64,000 nt of DNA from a virus (lineage: Duplodnaviria > Caudoviricetes), in the IMG/VR virus record IMGVR_UViG_3300028048_000130, positions 7,727-71,726 of that record; one strand, 5' to 3'. The notes under the pieces are model-generated. The model was given only the letters and a program-made list of their open reading frames with translations, made no database searches and was not told the DNA's origin. Position 1 is the stretch's first letter; each line of letters starts with the position of its first letter. Positions 8,825 through 20,600 of the stretch are shown here, one piece after another. Both the position numbers and the translations under genes were made by a program.

Positions 8825-10589
8825 ATGGCTGTAAATATTTTTGAGAAATACGGTAGAGAAATGCTGCTTTAAGGAGTAATCCTTATTGAAAAATTCCGTG
8901 AACTGCTGGGAGTCTCTAAAGCTCATTTGCTACAACGTAGCGCGAAAGCGCAGGCGTGAATGCTTTAAAAAGTAATGAGATATTATGAGTAATCAGCAAC
9001 CAAGCTAAGGAGAATAATTTTAATGTGGAAAACAATTCCCGTTGATGATAATTATGAAGCAAGTACCGATGGACAGATTCGTGAAAAAGAAAGTAAAAAA
9101 ATCGTTTCACAATGGGTAAGTTGTGATAAATATTTAATCGCAACCTTATCAGGTAAATTATATCGCGTTCATCGCTTAATTGCTATGACTTTTATCAGTA
9201 ATCCGAATAATTTGCCAGTTGTCAATCATAAAAACTTTAATAAACAAGATAATCATGTCGCTAATTTAGAATGGGTAACGTATTCACAGAATTCGTTACA
9301 TAGTTTTTCTAACAATCATCGTCAAGATTCTGTAACAAAATGGGCAAGTGAAATTCAGCCGCGAGCGGCTGAGGCCTCCAAAACAAAAGTTGCTCAATAT
9401 GATTTACAAGGAAATTTATTAAAGATTTATGATAGCCAAAGAGAAGCAAGTGAACAAACTGGCACCTGCCGTAGTTCTATAACTAGATGTGTAACCGGTC
9501 ATAGAAAAACTGCGGGAGGCTATAAATGGAAATACTACTTAGAAGGCTCAACGACTACGAATGAAGAAAGTCCTACTTCATCAGTGCGGAACTCCGAGAA
9601 ATCGGATGAAGATATAGTCTGAACTTATACGAAAATATAAGAAGTTGTGTATAGGCGCAATTGTAACATAATTGATTAAAGAGGTTGCCAATGTCTACTT
9701 TGAAGCTCTAGAAGACGATCTAGCGGCTGGTGTTTATAAAGGGGACGTTGTGCTCTTCCTTGATTCTCTAAAAGTATCAACAATTGAACAGACCGCTGAA
9801 AGTGCTGACGCGCGTGGTGGTTGGTCCAACCCGAAACTTGTCTCTTGGGACTATGGTCGTGAGATCAATGTAACCCTAGAGGATGCGCTAATGTCATTAG
9901 AGTCACTACGCTTCATGCTTGGTGGCGCTATTAAGCGGCCGAAGTCTACTGCTCCTGTTATCGTTCGTCATACGGAGCAAGTAGTTTGCACTACGGGTGG
10001 CGTAGTACCGCTACCTAAGGATCACCTAACTGATCGTACCCTAACTCCTAAGGCTACTTATGGCCATCCAATTCGTCTTATCAACCTCACGACTGGTGTG
10101 CGTACACAGCTAGTTGTTGAGCAAGAAGAAGGAGAGGCTATCGTTCTTGACGGGAAAAAGGCCATTAAGTTTAAGAACCCTGCCGCTGGAGTTACGACTG
10201 AAGTTGCTACGAAGTATGGCGACGTAATCCGTATTTTCTGGGAAGAGATTATCGCTAATGAGACTGGCGCGGAGACTGCTGTTGAAGTTGTTATCAGTCC
10301 TAATACTTTCCCAGGTACTTATAAGGTCGTTGGAGATACGTTTATGCGTTCCGAGAAAACGGGTAAGGACGAGCCTTTCCAATTTATTATCGCGAAGGCA
10401 AAAGTACTCTCAGACGTCACCATAACGTTGGAGGCAGAAGGAGACCCCAGCACTTTCGAGATGCAGCTAAGTGCTCTCCGTGCTACAAACGAACAGGGCG
10501 AGAATGAGATGATGAAGCTAGTTCGTTATGGATTCACTAATGATGAATCTGTTGACGATGGCGACGATCATGGCTCAGTCGCTGAGTAA
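8825..10589 (+). CDS. Major tail tube protein, spliced: join(8825..8854,9675..10589), 314 aa
   Basis: GGAGG RBS then MAVNIFEKYG; after intron removal reads MAVNIFEKYG|IKEVANVYF, aligning with YFGTKEI of paralog 10658; ARGGWSN and EGDPSTF motifs. Confidence 0.85.
8855..9674 (+). mobile_element. Group I intron 1 (820 nt) in tail tube gene
   Basis: 5' exon ends in U; P1 CGGUA/UGCUG with U.G; P AACTGCTGGGA, Q AATCAGCAACC, R GCTCAACGACTA, S AAGATATAGTCT; P3 TTCCGT/GCGGAA; terminal G at 9674. Confidence 0.9.
9023..9622 (+). CDS. Intron-encoded HNH homing endonuclease (NUMOD4-HNH-NUMOD1 type)
   Basis: WKTIP..YEAS..G, VHRLIA, VNHKNFNKQDNHVANLEW, TAGGYKWKY; RBS AAGGAG; ORF runs through the intron core. 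Confidence 0.88.
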   Translation: MWKTIPVDDNYEASTDGQIREKESKKIVSQWVSCDKYLIATLSGKLYRVHRLIAMTFISNPNNLPVVNHKNFNKQDNHVANLEWVTYSQNSLHSFSNNHRQDSVTKWASEIQPRAAEASKTKVAQYDLQGNLLKIYDSQREASEQTGTCRSSITRCVTGHRKTAGGYKWKYYLEGSTTTNEESPTSSVRNSEKSDEDIV

Positions 10590-10600
10590 TTGAGTATAAT

Positions 10601-10638
10601 AGAGGCTAAAGCTGAGGTTTTAGCCTCTTTATTTTTTT
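10601..10638 (+). terminator. Rho-independent terminator after tail tube
   Basis: AGAGGCTAAAGC-TGAG-GTTTTAGCCTCT then TTATTTTTTT. Confidence 0.8.
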
Positions 10639-10657
10639 ACCTAAATGGAGGTAAAAT

Positions 10658-11542
10658 ATGTTAGATCAATATTTTGGTACAAAAGAAATTTACGAACTAA
10701 CATTACGCGCGAAAACTCCAATGAAATTTGGAAGTAGATACATAGAGGAAGATGAGCCAGTTCTTTACTTTGAGAATATTGCTATGTCGAATTTAACTGA
10801 ACGCAGTTCTGCAATTATGGCCCGCGGCGGTTGGGCGAATATGCCGCGCGTAATATGGGAAGATCGTTCAGAGATTAAGTTTGAATTAGCAGAAGGTATA
10901 ATGTCTTCTATTAGTATGAGCATTTTACTTAGTGCAAATGTAGGCGAAAAGACTAAGGCTAAGCCGCTATACGTATCTCGGCGCGAAGGTCCGTTTGAAT
11001 TAGATGATAATCATCGCCTTTATTTAGATCATTGGCCGGTGGACTATCCAGAAAAGAAAACATTTATTTTTGACTATGATAGAGATACAATTCAAAAGAA
11101 GTTGTATGGTAAAAAAATTCATGGCATAATGGATCCATTAGACCGATCTACGGAAATGCCCTGCTTAGAGATTTATGAAGATAAAAATCTTACTATCCCG
11201 GCGAGTTTGAAGAAGGAATACCTGGTGGATTACTACTATTATTATGGAGACGAAAGGGAAGCGCTCATCTACTCGATTCATAAAGAGCGTTTCAATGGAT
11301 TATTTTCCTTGGAAGGAAAATTTTATTCAAAGGATGAGACTGAAGGTTTAAATTATACAAATTTATTGTATATGCCGAAAGTACGAATTGTGAGCGATAT
11401 TAACTTACGCTTGGGAGAAAGGGCAGACCCTACGGTTGCTGGTTTTAGTATTATCGGATTGCCCGAAAGTACGCCAGTATCGAAGAGTTTATTATTAGAA
11501 ATTTCACGTTTGGATAGTGACGTGGATGAAGATGTTATATAA
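10658..11542 (+). CDS. Second tail-tube paralog (minor tube / initiator-like)
   Basis: Colinear similarity to the spliced tube protein at both ends (VLYFENIAMS..ARGGWAN vs VLFLDSLKVS..ARGGWSN; VSDINLRLGERADPT vs LSDVTITLEAEGDPS). Confidence 0.7.
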   Translation: MLDQYFGTKEIYELTLRAKTPMKFGSRYIEEDEPVLYFENIAMSNLTERSSAIMARGGWANMPRVIWEDRSEIKFELAEGIMSSISMSILLSANVGEKTKAKPLYVSRREGPFELDDNHRLYLDHWPVDYPEKKTFIFDYDRDTIQKKLYGKKIHGIMDPLDRSTEMPCLEIYEDKNLTIPASLKKEYLVDYYYYYGDEREALIYSIHKERFNGLFSLEGKFYSKDETEGLNYTNLLYMPKVRIVSDINLRLGERADPTVAGFSIIGLPESTPVSKSLLLEISRLDSDVDEDVI

Positions 11543-11543
11543 T

Positions 11544-11579
11544 TGAGCCATTTCTTTCTAGAAATGGCTCACTTTTTTT
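11544..11579 (+). terminator. Rho-independent terminator before tape measure gene
   Basis: TGAGCCATTTCT-TTCT-AGAAATGGCTCA then CTTTTTTT. Confidence 0.78.
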
Positions 11580-11607
11580 GTTGAGTGAGAGAAAGGAGTT
11601 TTGAAAA

Positions 11608-14600
11608 ATGGCTGGAGCAGCTACTGCTGATAATAGCATTGTTGTTAATATAGAAACAAAAATACAAGGCTATCAAGCTGAAATTGAAAAAATAAAGCAG
11701 TCTCTTGCCAAAATTGGTACTAATGCGCAGATCGGGAAAAACATTACTAAGGAATTAGCCGCGGTTGAAAAACAGGTTGATGCTCTTAGCAAGAGAATGA
11801 CTCAACGTATTTCCTCCGATTCGCAACTTACCAAATTAGGAGACTCACTGCAAAATGTAGAGGAAAGATTTGTTCATATTGGTGAACAAGTTCAGCAAAT
11901 TAGCTTTAGAGACTTAGATACTGGATATGTTACTAGTCAGTTACAGAATTTAGTCAGTGCGGCTGAAGCGGCTGAACAGCAGTTAAGAATTACGCTTGAC
12001 ACTGGATTTCAGGCTATTGTTAATAGGAATCCTAACTTTAAGAATTTAGTAGAAAATTATTTAAATCTTGATTTTAATAATTTAAATATTGATAATTTTA
12101 CTCAGGTATTAGGCCCCGCGATAGACGAAGTAATACAAAAGACTAGAGCTCTAGGTATAGAAGTCAGTAATTTAAAAAGAGAATCAAATACTCTAGGTAC
12201 TAGTATTGCAAATACCGCTAGAGAAATTCAAAATTTAGGAAATATCGATTTAGATCGAGATGTACAGAAGAGACTAAACCTAGACAATGCTATGGTCTTT
12301 TCTACTCAGAAGAGTACTGATCTGCAAAATGCTATTATCGATGGTTTTAATAGATCTATTAGTACATTAAATATTTCTGACGCAACTAAACAACTCGCAA
12401 CGCAAAAAATCCTAGAAGCGTTTATAAGTAATGATCCTGCTACTATTCAGGCCGCAGTTCACTCATTAGCTCGTAATATTCGGGATATAGTTACGAAAGA
12501 AGCTAAGGGCTATCAAATCGGTGATTTTAATTTTGGAGTTAAACAAGCTATTGCCGCGAGTTCAAATACAGAACTTCAAAGTACTTTTGGCTCATATAAT
12601 ACTCTTGCTAATCTTGCTAGTAGTAATAATTTCCAACCTTTTTTAAAAGAAAAAGACGTACAGCTAGTCCAAGATTTTGAAACGAACGTTGCAAAGTTAT
12701 TCCAAAGATTTAATAACTTTGGAAAAGAGGCATCTGAAGTTCCTGCTATTATACAAAAGTTCACTGATGCTCTTTTGGCTGGTGGGAAAAGAGATGCGTA
12801 TGCTGAAATTACCAAGGTAATCCAAGAGTATCTCCAAGTATTACAACAAGCAGAACAAGCTGATAGAGCGCGAAAAACGCAAGTTGATACAGAGCTTGGC
12901 ACAAAAGAACCAGAATATGTGAGACGTAGAAGAAACGATCAAAGTCTCGCTATGTCTCAGCAAAGATACTCCAATGATATTGCTCTTTTGCGTCAACAGG
13001 CCGCTCCACAAGAACAAGCTGCTCAACAGATGAGAGCCGCGGCAGATGCAGAACAGCAAAAACTTGTAAATGAAGAGCGTCAAAAAGGCGCGGATCTAGT
13101 AAGACAATATAATGAAGCTTTACAAGAAACCAACAGCCTGATAGCAATGTATCAAAACCAACTAGATCAAGTGCGCGAAAAGCAACGTATAGTTGGTAAA
13201 CTCGAAGGATTAGCTCAGCGCTGGTTCAGTGCTTATGCCGCAATTCGTATGGTTCGGCAAGCAATTGATTCTGTTATCTCCACAATAAAAGAATTAGATA
13301 AAACCATTACTGAAATCGCTATTGTTACTGATATGACACAGAAAGACCTGTGGGGTCAGATGTCGTCATATACAGATATGGCTAGACAATACGCCGCATC
13401 AATATCTGGCGTTTATGAAGTTTCACAATTATACTACCAGCAGGGTAAGTTAAACATTTGACTTTTCATGGAATTTATAGTACAATATCTCTTAGAAAAG
13501 AGGTGTTGTGCGTGAGAGAAAAACGCATACAAATTGAAGGACAAGATACTCCATATCTAATAAGAGAAGATGGAGTTGTTTGGAGTGAAAAACGTAATCG
13601 TGAATTAAAAGGCACAATTAGAAGAAACGAGTATCATACAGTTTATTTAGCCCATAATGGAAAACAATATAATTTTATGATACATCGTTTGGTTGCTGAA
13701 GCCTTTTGTGAGAATCCAAATAATTATACTGTTGTTCATCATAAAGATGGCAATAAATTAAATAACCATGTAGATAACTTAGAATGGGTTACTACGCTAG
13801 AAAATAATCAGAGCGTAAATAAAAAAAATCGCTAAATCAAAAACACCGTCAACAAATGGAGATCTTAATAAGCAATGGCAACCAGTTGCTTTTAGTCCAC
13901 TATACGGAGTTAATAAAGACGGCGAGATGATAAATTTTAAAACTGGTAAACTCATTCAAGGTAGTGACAGAAATGGTTATAAACGCTTTCAATATAAAGA
14001 TCATGTCTATTCAATCCACAGACTGGTTTATGAGACTTTTAACGGTCCAATACCCGATGGGATGAAAATAGATCATATAGACGGAGATCGTTCAAATAAC
14101 GCTTTATCTAATCTTCGTTTAGTAACTCAATCTGATAATATGAAAGCCGCGATGGAAAACGGTCATAGTGGCCAGATTCCCGTTCTTCAATTTGATAGGC
14201 AAGGAAATTTTATTCAAGAATTTCCGACAATACAAGCAGCCGCCGACTTTATCGGTGTGACTCACGCCGCCGTACGTTCTGCAATTGTAAGAAACGGTAC
14301 GTGCGGTGGATATAAATGGAAAAAGAAAAGTTAATATGCATGCTCTGAATATCCCTTAATTGCTGGGAACTCCTTAAGTCTTTTAGACACAAGTCACGTA
14401 GTAATACGTGACTTTTGTAATACTTAAAAGAATTGGACAATCAGCAGCCAAGCGACCGAAAGGTCGAAGGTTCAACGACTATTTAATCGTCAAGATTAAA
14501 GTAGGTGCAAGCGCGCCGAAACAGGGATAGCTGTAAAAAACAGTTAAGATATAGTCTGAACTTATACGAAAGTATAAGCTGGGTTTCGTCCCGCCGATAA

Positions 14601-17600
14601 AGGTAGCGTATTATCGGGAACATAATTGTTGCAGACTGTCGATGTAATGGCGCTAACTGAGGAAACTCTTAAGCTCGCACGTATATCCGGATTGGATTAC
14701 GCGGAAGCTGCTAACTACATGACAAACGCCGTCCGTTCCTTTAAGATGGAAATGACCGATGCTCAAAGGGTCACGGACGTTTATTCGGCTATTGCCGCGG
14801 CATCAGCTACAAGTGTTTCTGAATTAGCTGTTGCTATGAGTAAAACCGCATCATCTGCTGAAGCGGTTAAGGCAAGTTTTGAGAATACCACAGCTATGAT
14901 GGCTGTTATGATCGAAGCTACACGAGAGAGTTCACAGAACATCGGTAGTGCCCTTAAAAGTATTATTTCGCGCTATGGCGAAATGACATCAGATCCCGCA
15001 AAAATTCTTGATAGCGAAGGCGAAGAGCTTAGCTTAAACCGTGTTGACAAAGCATTGCAGACCGTCGGCATCACTATTCATGATACTAACGGGCAATTCA
15101 AAGCTTTTGACGAAACGATGAAAGAATTGGCGAGCGTGTGGGATACCTTAGATTCGAGCTCGCAAAGATATTATAAAGTTGCATAGTATCTATAACTCAT
15201 TGAATTGCGGGGAAGCCTTTAGGGCCTTAACAACCAAGTTAAAATAGCGATATTTTAATGGCGAGGTTAGTGACCAAGGTAAGGTAAAATTGTTAAGGAT
15301 TAGGTAATCCGCAGCTAAGATTCTGTAATTTTTAACATTCTGCTTAAAATATGATATCTTCTTAAAAAAGGAGGGAAAAAGTAATATGGAAGAAACAGAT
15401 AATATGAAGACTGTTTTTCTAGATGGAGAACCTACTCCATTCATGATTACAACTACAGGACTATTATATCGCTCAGATACTGGTAATTGGTACAAACCAT
15501 TTGAAGTATGTGGTTACCTTTCGTATCATATGAAGTGGAAAAATAAAACTTATCCAAGACGTATACATCGTCTTGTGGCAGAAGCTTTTATTCCAAATCC
15601 AGAAAATAAACCTTTTGTGCATCATAAAGACCACGACCGTTTTAATAATAATGTGGATAATCTAGAATGGGCAACAGTAGAAGAAAATAATAATGATAAA
15701 TTGTCGATGAAACAACAGCCCATAGTTAATTGCGAATTTGATTATACAAGAGAAGAGTGGAAGCAATATGAAGACACTCAATTCTATGTTAGTAACATGG
15801 GGCGAATTAAAAACATTATTACAAAAAATATTCTAAAGGGTAATGTCCGAGAAAACGGTTATCTACGAGTAGGTTTAAGATTCGGAAAAAAAGAGTTAAA
15901 GAGTTTTAATGTCCATAATTTAGTTTGGCTAGTCTGGCGAGGACCTCAGAAAGGCGTTATTAATCATATTAATGGTAATAAGCTTGATAACCGCCTAAGC
16001 AACTTAGAAGATATTTCACAATCTGAAAATATTTTAAAAGCAACATATGAAAACAAAACTCGAAATGCAATGCAGGTTGGCCAATATGATGACAAAAACA
16101 ATTTATTAAATATTTATGCTTCACAGGTAAGAGCAGAAAAAGCTTTAAATTTAAGTAGCGGTTCTATCTGTAGAGCAATCGTTAGTGGTCGAAAAGCAGG
16201 CGGCTACTATTGGAAAAAAATTACAGAATAAAGTTCAACGACTATCTTATATCAGATAATGATGAGAGTAGGAACAATGCGTTCCGAAGTGGTGAGATGG
16301 CGCTAAAACGCCAGTGATATAGTCTACTCCCTAACGAAAGTTAGGGTTTTTGTTTTATACAAAAGTATGGGAAACGCGAGCCCATACAAGTAAAGGATTG
16401 CAACGATCTTGGCCGGAAATAGGCAACAGAGCCGGCTCCTGGCCTTCCTTTCTAACTACAAACGTTACGTCGAGCTAAGCGACATCGCCGCTAACTCCGC
16501 GAATGCTTCGCAGTTACAATACTTAAAGACACTAGATTCTATTGACGCGAAAACGCAGCAGATAAAGACAAGCATACAAGGTCTTTACACTGAAAGCGGA
16601 ATTGAGGAATTTTATAAAGGCCTATTAGATGTTGGCAACAATATGATAAAGACCTTTACGCAAATGCCTACACTACTCAGGCTACCTATTCCCGCGATTA
16701 CGAAACTAGGCACACAGTTCTTAACAGTATCTAAAATAGTAACAAGTATTTTAACCAATTTTAGAAATACATATAATTTCCAACAATCACAACTCGCTGC
16801 ACTTACTCAAACCTATGCTAAAAAAAGACAAGATATTGAAGAACAGCTAAATAACGCTAATCAGCAGTCAGGCCAACAATATAACCAACAATATCAACAA
16901 TTACTGCAGGAACGCGCACGAATTGACGCAGAGTATGCCAGAAAAAGGCAAGATATACTAAACCAGAAAATACCTGGGCAAAAAACTGGGCTGCAAACTG
17001 CAGGTATGGTTCTTGGCGGGGTAGGCGTGGCCGCGACTACGGTAGCCGGTGCGCTGGACGTTAATGAGAATAGAACAGCCAAAGCAGTTACTACAGGATT
17101 AGGATCATTAGCCTCAGGAGTAGGAATGGGTATGCTAATGAGTGGCGGCAATGTAGGCATAGCTGTTCTTATGGGAGCTCTTACTGCATTACCCGGCATA
17201 TTAGAAGCTGTTGGAATAGCCACTGAAAAAGTTAGTGAAAAAGTAGAAAGATTAAATAGCAAATTAGAAGAAAGTTCGAATAACCTACTAAAAAGTAAAG
17301 ACGAATTAAGAACCTTAGAAGATTATAAGAAAAAATATGATGAACTTTATAAAGCAAGAAATGATAGTAATGAAGCTTATCAGGAATATTTAAAATTAAG
17401 TAATGAAATCGCCGCTAATTACCCATCTCTCATCTCTAGTATGGATGAAGAAGGTAATTATGTTGTAGAGCTAAAAGGGTACTATCAAGATCTCGTAGAA
17501 GCCAAGCGGGAAGCCTATAATAAAGATTTTATTGAAAATGGTTTAGCTCAAATTGAAGCTTACTCTGATCCAGAACTTCTACTTAAGCTATTTAATATTG

Positions 17601-20600
17601 ACACCCCGGGCGAGTTTAAACTTTTCTCGGATAGTGCTGTAGTAAATAAAATTGCGGAATCCTTTAAAACTATTCCTGCGGACGTTCTAGGAAATATAAG
17701 TTATACAGAAGCAATGCGCCGTACCAATGAAGCTTTCGATTACGGTGGCTTTATTGATAAAAATAATGTAAAAAATCTTTTCGGTGTAGATCAATCTGTA
17801 ATAGGGAAAAATATTGAACAGTTCTTAGGAGCAGATGTTATAAAGGAACTTTCAAAAGAAAGTACCTATAGCCCAACCGATCAAAGCTATATGGATCCGG
17901 TAGTTCTTGAAGCGATGCTAGAGAAAATCGGTGTCATATTAGACGAAAATAAAGGCGACTTTGCGCAAGTAAACAAAGAACTTAATCAAGCTTTTGGCGA
18001 AGATGCCCGTTTTAATGATGATTTAATTGGCTTCTTCCAGCAGATGAGTGGGTCTGCTCAAGTCCGTTCAGAATATTTAAATAAAATTATTAAATCTCTC
18101 AATATTACAGCTACCAAGGAAGCTATTGATAAGTTAGGCTTAGATGCTGACGCCTTAACTACTGATTTTTTGGCTGAAAATGTACAGCAAGATTGGGAAG
18201 GAAAATCAGAAGGCCAAAAGGACATTAAAGCTGTTTGGCAATCATTCCAACTTGATCTAGAATCTATTGTTCAATCTTATTTTGATAGTTTTGAATTATA
18301 TAAAGACTTATCCAAAGAAGAAAAAGAAAAAGCAAATAATTTTTATAAAAATGTTGAACAATATGGCTCAGAGAGACTAAGGGACGCGTTATCAGAAGCT
18401 TTTGAAGGAAACCAAGATCTTCAGCAATATATTTATGACCATTTAATCGAATCTACTCAATGGACATTTGACCGCTTTAAGAAGAGTTTTGAGGAAAGTG
18501 ATTCTAGAAGCCCAGAATTTGATCTATCTTCCAGAAGTAATTGGTTTAGAGAAAATTTTGGCGCCGAATACTTAGATTCAATTTCAAAACTATATACTGA
18601 TATTGTCGAAGATAAGTCTTTCTCTACGTCACAGAAAAGTATAAGAATTTCTGCATTAGATACGCTTTATAGCGAAGTTGCGCAAGCTGATGCTGATATC
18701 GCGCAAAAAATAAAAGCAGCGGTTGGAAATGGCGAACTAGATTCATTAACTGGTATTTATGCCTTAAGAGATGAATTAGCCAATCTTGGTCTAGAAGCTG
18801 ATAATCCTATTTTTAAGGCTCTTGATAATATAAGCAACTTATTAGCTGTTAACTTGCCGAGAGAATATGAGGTTTTTGCAGATGATTTAGGCAAGAAGAC
18901 AGAGGAATTCGATAAAGCCCTTTCAACAGCTACAAAAGGAATGGACTTTAAAACTGCCTCTGAAGTAGCAGCAAGAATGAATATTGCTATTAGTGAATTC
19001 AGATTCACTGATGGAAAATATTATGTTGATAATATTGAAGCTATTCAGCAATCATATGCAAAATACAATAAGGCGCTATTAGATGACTTAAATAATAAGC
19101 GATTAATATTAAACTCATATATCAACGTTGGAGCGTTTGATAATGACACTTCGCGTATGGTTAATGCAGTTAATACTCTTGCCGCGCAATGGGAGAAAAC
19201 CGATGAAGAAGGTAGAACCGCTCTCTTCAATAGACTTAACATACAAACTGAAGAAGAGATAAATCAATATCGGGACATTCTCAGCACTTATCTTCCAGGC
19301 TATAAAGCTAGCGGTGAAAGCAAAAACATAACTTTTTCCGCCTATATCGCTAAAGAAATTCAAGCTGCCTATGAAGAAGGCCAAGAGGCGATTAATTATA
19401 ATAATACTCAGCTAAATAATTATTTAATCCAACTTGGTTACTTTGAAGAAGCACTTAAGAATATTTTACCTGAAGAAGAAAAAACTGATGAAAAAATTGC
19501 CGAATATATTAAGAAAATAAAGCAAAATGATTTTTCCGACTTGCCAGATGAACTAGAATCATACACTACTGTTTTAGTTAACTCAGTAAAAGATATAAGT
19601 AAGAATGTATTCGACACTGCCATCCGCTCCATTACAAGTGGCCGCCAAGGCATAGCAGTAACTAACCAAAATCGTCAATTACTGCATGACCTCGGAGCGA
19701 CAGATAGCACCGGGGAACTTGTAAGCGAAACAACGAAACAAGCGTATCTAGAAATTGGTAAGAACGAAATTGATAATCTACGTAAATCAATTTTAGCTAA
19801 CGTCAAGCCAGGCGCAGATCAACGTAGTCTATTACAATCTCTTCATAATGCAGAATTTGGAGATAACCTTTATAGTGCACTTGAATCAGTTATTAGCTCT
19901 TATGATAAGTTATCATATGACACTGTTCAAAAGCTAGCCGTCTCACTTGGATACAATTCAGTAGAAACTTTTTCTCAAGTTTATAGCATAGCACAAGATG
20001 AACTTGGCAATTATTCGATTGACTTCAGTGAAATTCAGCGAATTATTCGTAATGAGGATGTTAAAATTAGCGAATCACTAGTCAAATCGTATGGGCAGTA
20101 TATTGACAAATCATTCTCTGAACTTAATAATGCATTCACTAACCAAGCTAAAGGCTACACATCTATAGAGTCTATGCAGGCTTTTGCGGCGCAAATTGAT
20201 TACACCAAAAATTTCGAAGAATTATTTGCTTGGGATGATAGCCTACACGCTTATATTTTAACTACTACCGGTCTAGTTGAGCAAATAAAAACTCTGCGGA
20301 AAAAGCTTATTGGAGTTACTGATAAGCAAGAAAGAAACGTTATTAATCAATTACTTAGCGATACAAACAGACAGCTCGCTGAAAGTCTTAAGATATCCGA
20401 TTATGTTTCTGCGCTTGCTAAAGGTGACGGGAATGGAAAAACCGAAGCCAAATTAAGGAAAGCATTAAATACATATTATGATACTATCTCTGAATTCGGC
20501 GATGGCGTTGTTAATAATACTGAAGAAATAATTGCCGCTCTTAAAGAAGGCGGAACAAAAGCCGTACTTGCTTACGAATCTATTGCAAAAGTATCTGGAA

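Larger units (their letters stand above)
13447..14628 (+). mobile_element. Group I intron 2 (1,182 nt) in tape measure gene; endonuclease ORF in P1 loop
   Basis: P1 CAGGGU/GCUCUG (14342-14347) with U.G; P AATTGCTGGGAA, Q AATCAGCAGCC, R GGTTCAACGACTA, S AAGATATAGTCT; P3 TATCCC/GGGATA; terminal G 14628. Confidence 0.9.
15172..16396 (+). mobile_element. Group I intron 3 (1,225 nt) in tape measure gene; ORF in P6 loop
   Basis: P1 AGAUAU/GUAUCU (15186-15191); P10 UGCAAC/GUUGCA; P AATTGCGGGGAA, Q AATCCGCAGC, R GTTCAACGACTA, S GATATAGTCT; terminal G 16396. Confidence 0.9.

Noticed and set aside
10595-10600. TATAAT after the tail tube gene as a promoter
   Set aside because: No plausible -35 at 17 bp (GGCTCA), no TGn extension, and it would fire straight into a terminator.
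8027-11607. Programmed -1 frameshift tail chaperone pair (lambda G/GT type)
   Set aside because: No small ORF pair or overlapping second frame precedes the TMP; the gene there is a tube paralog.
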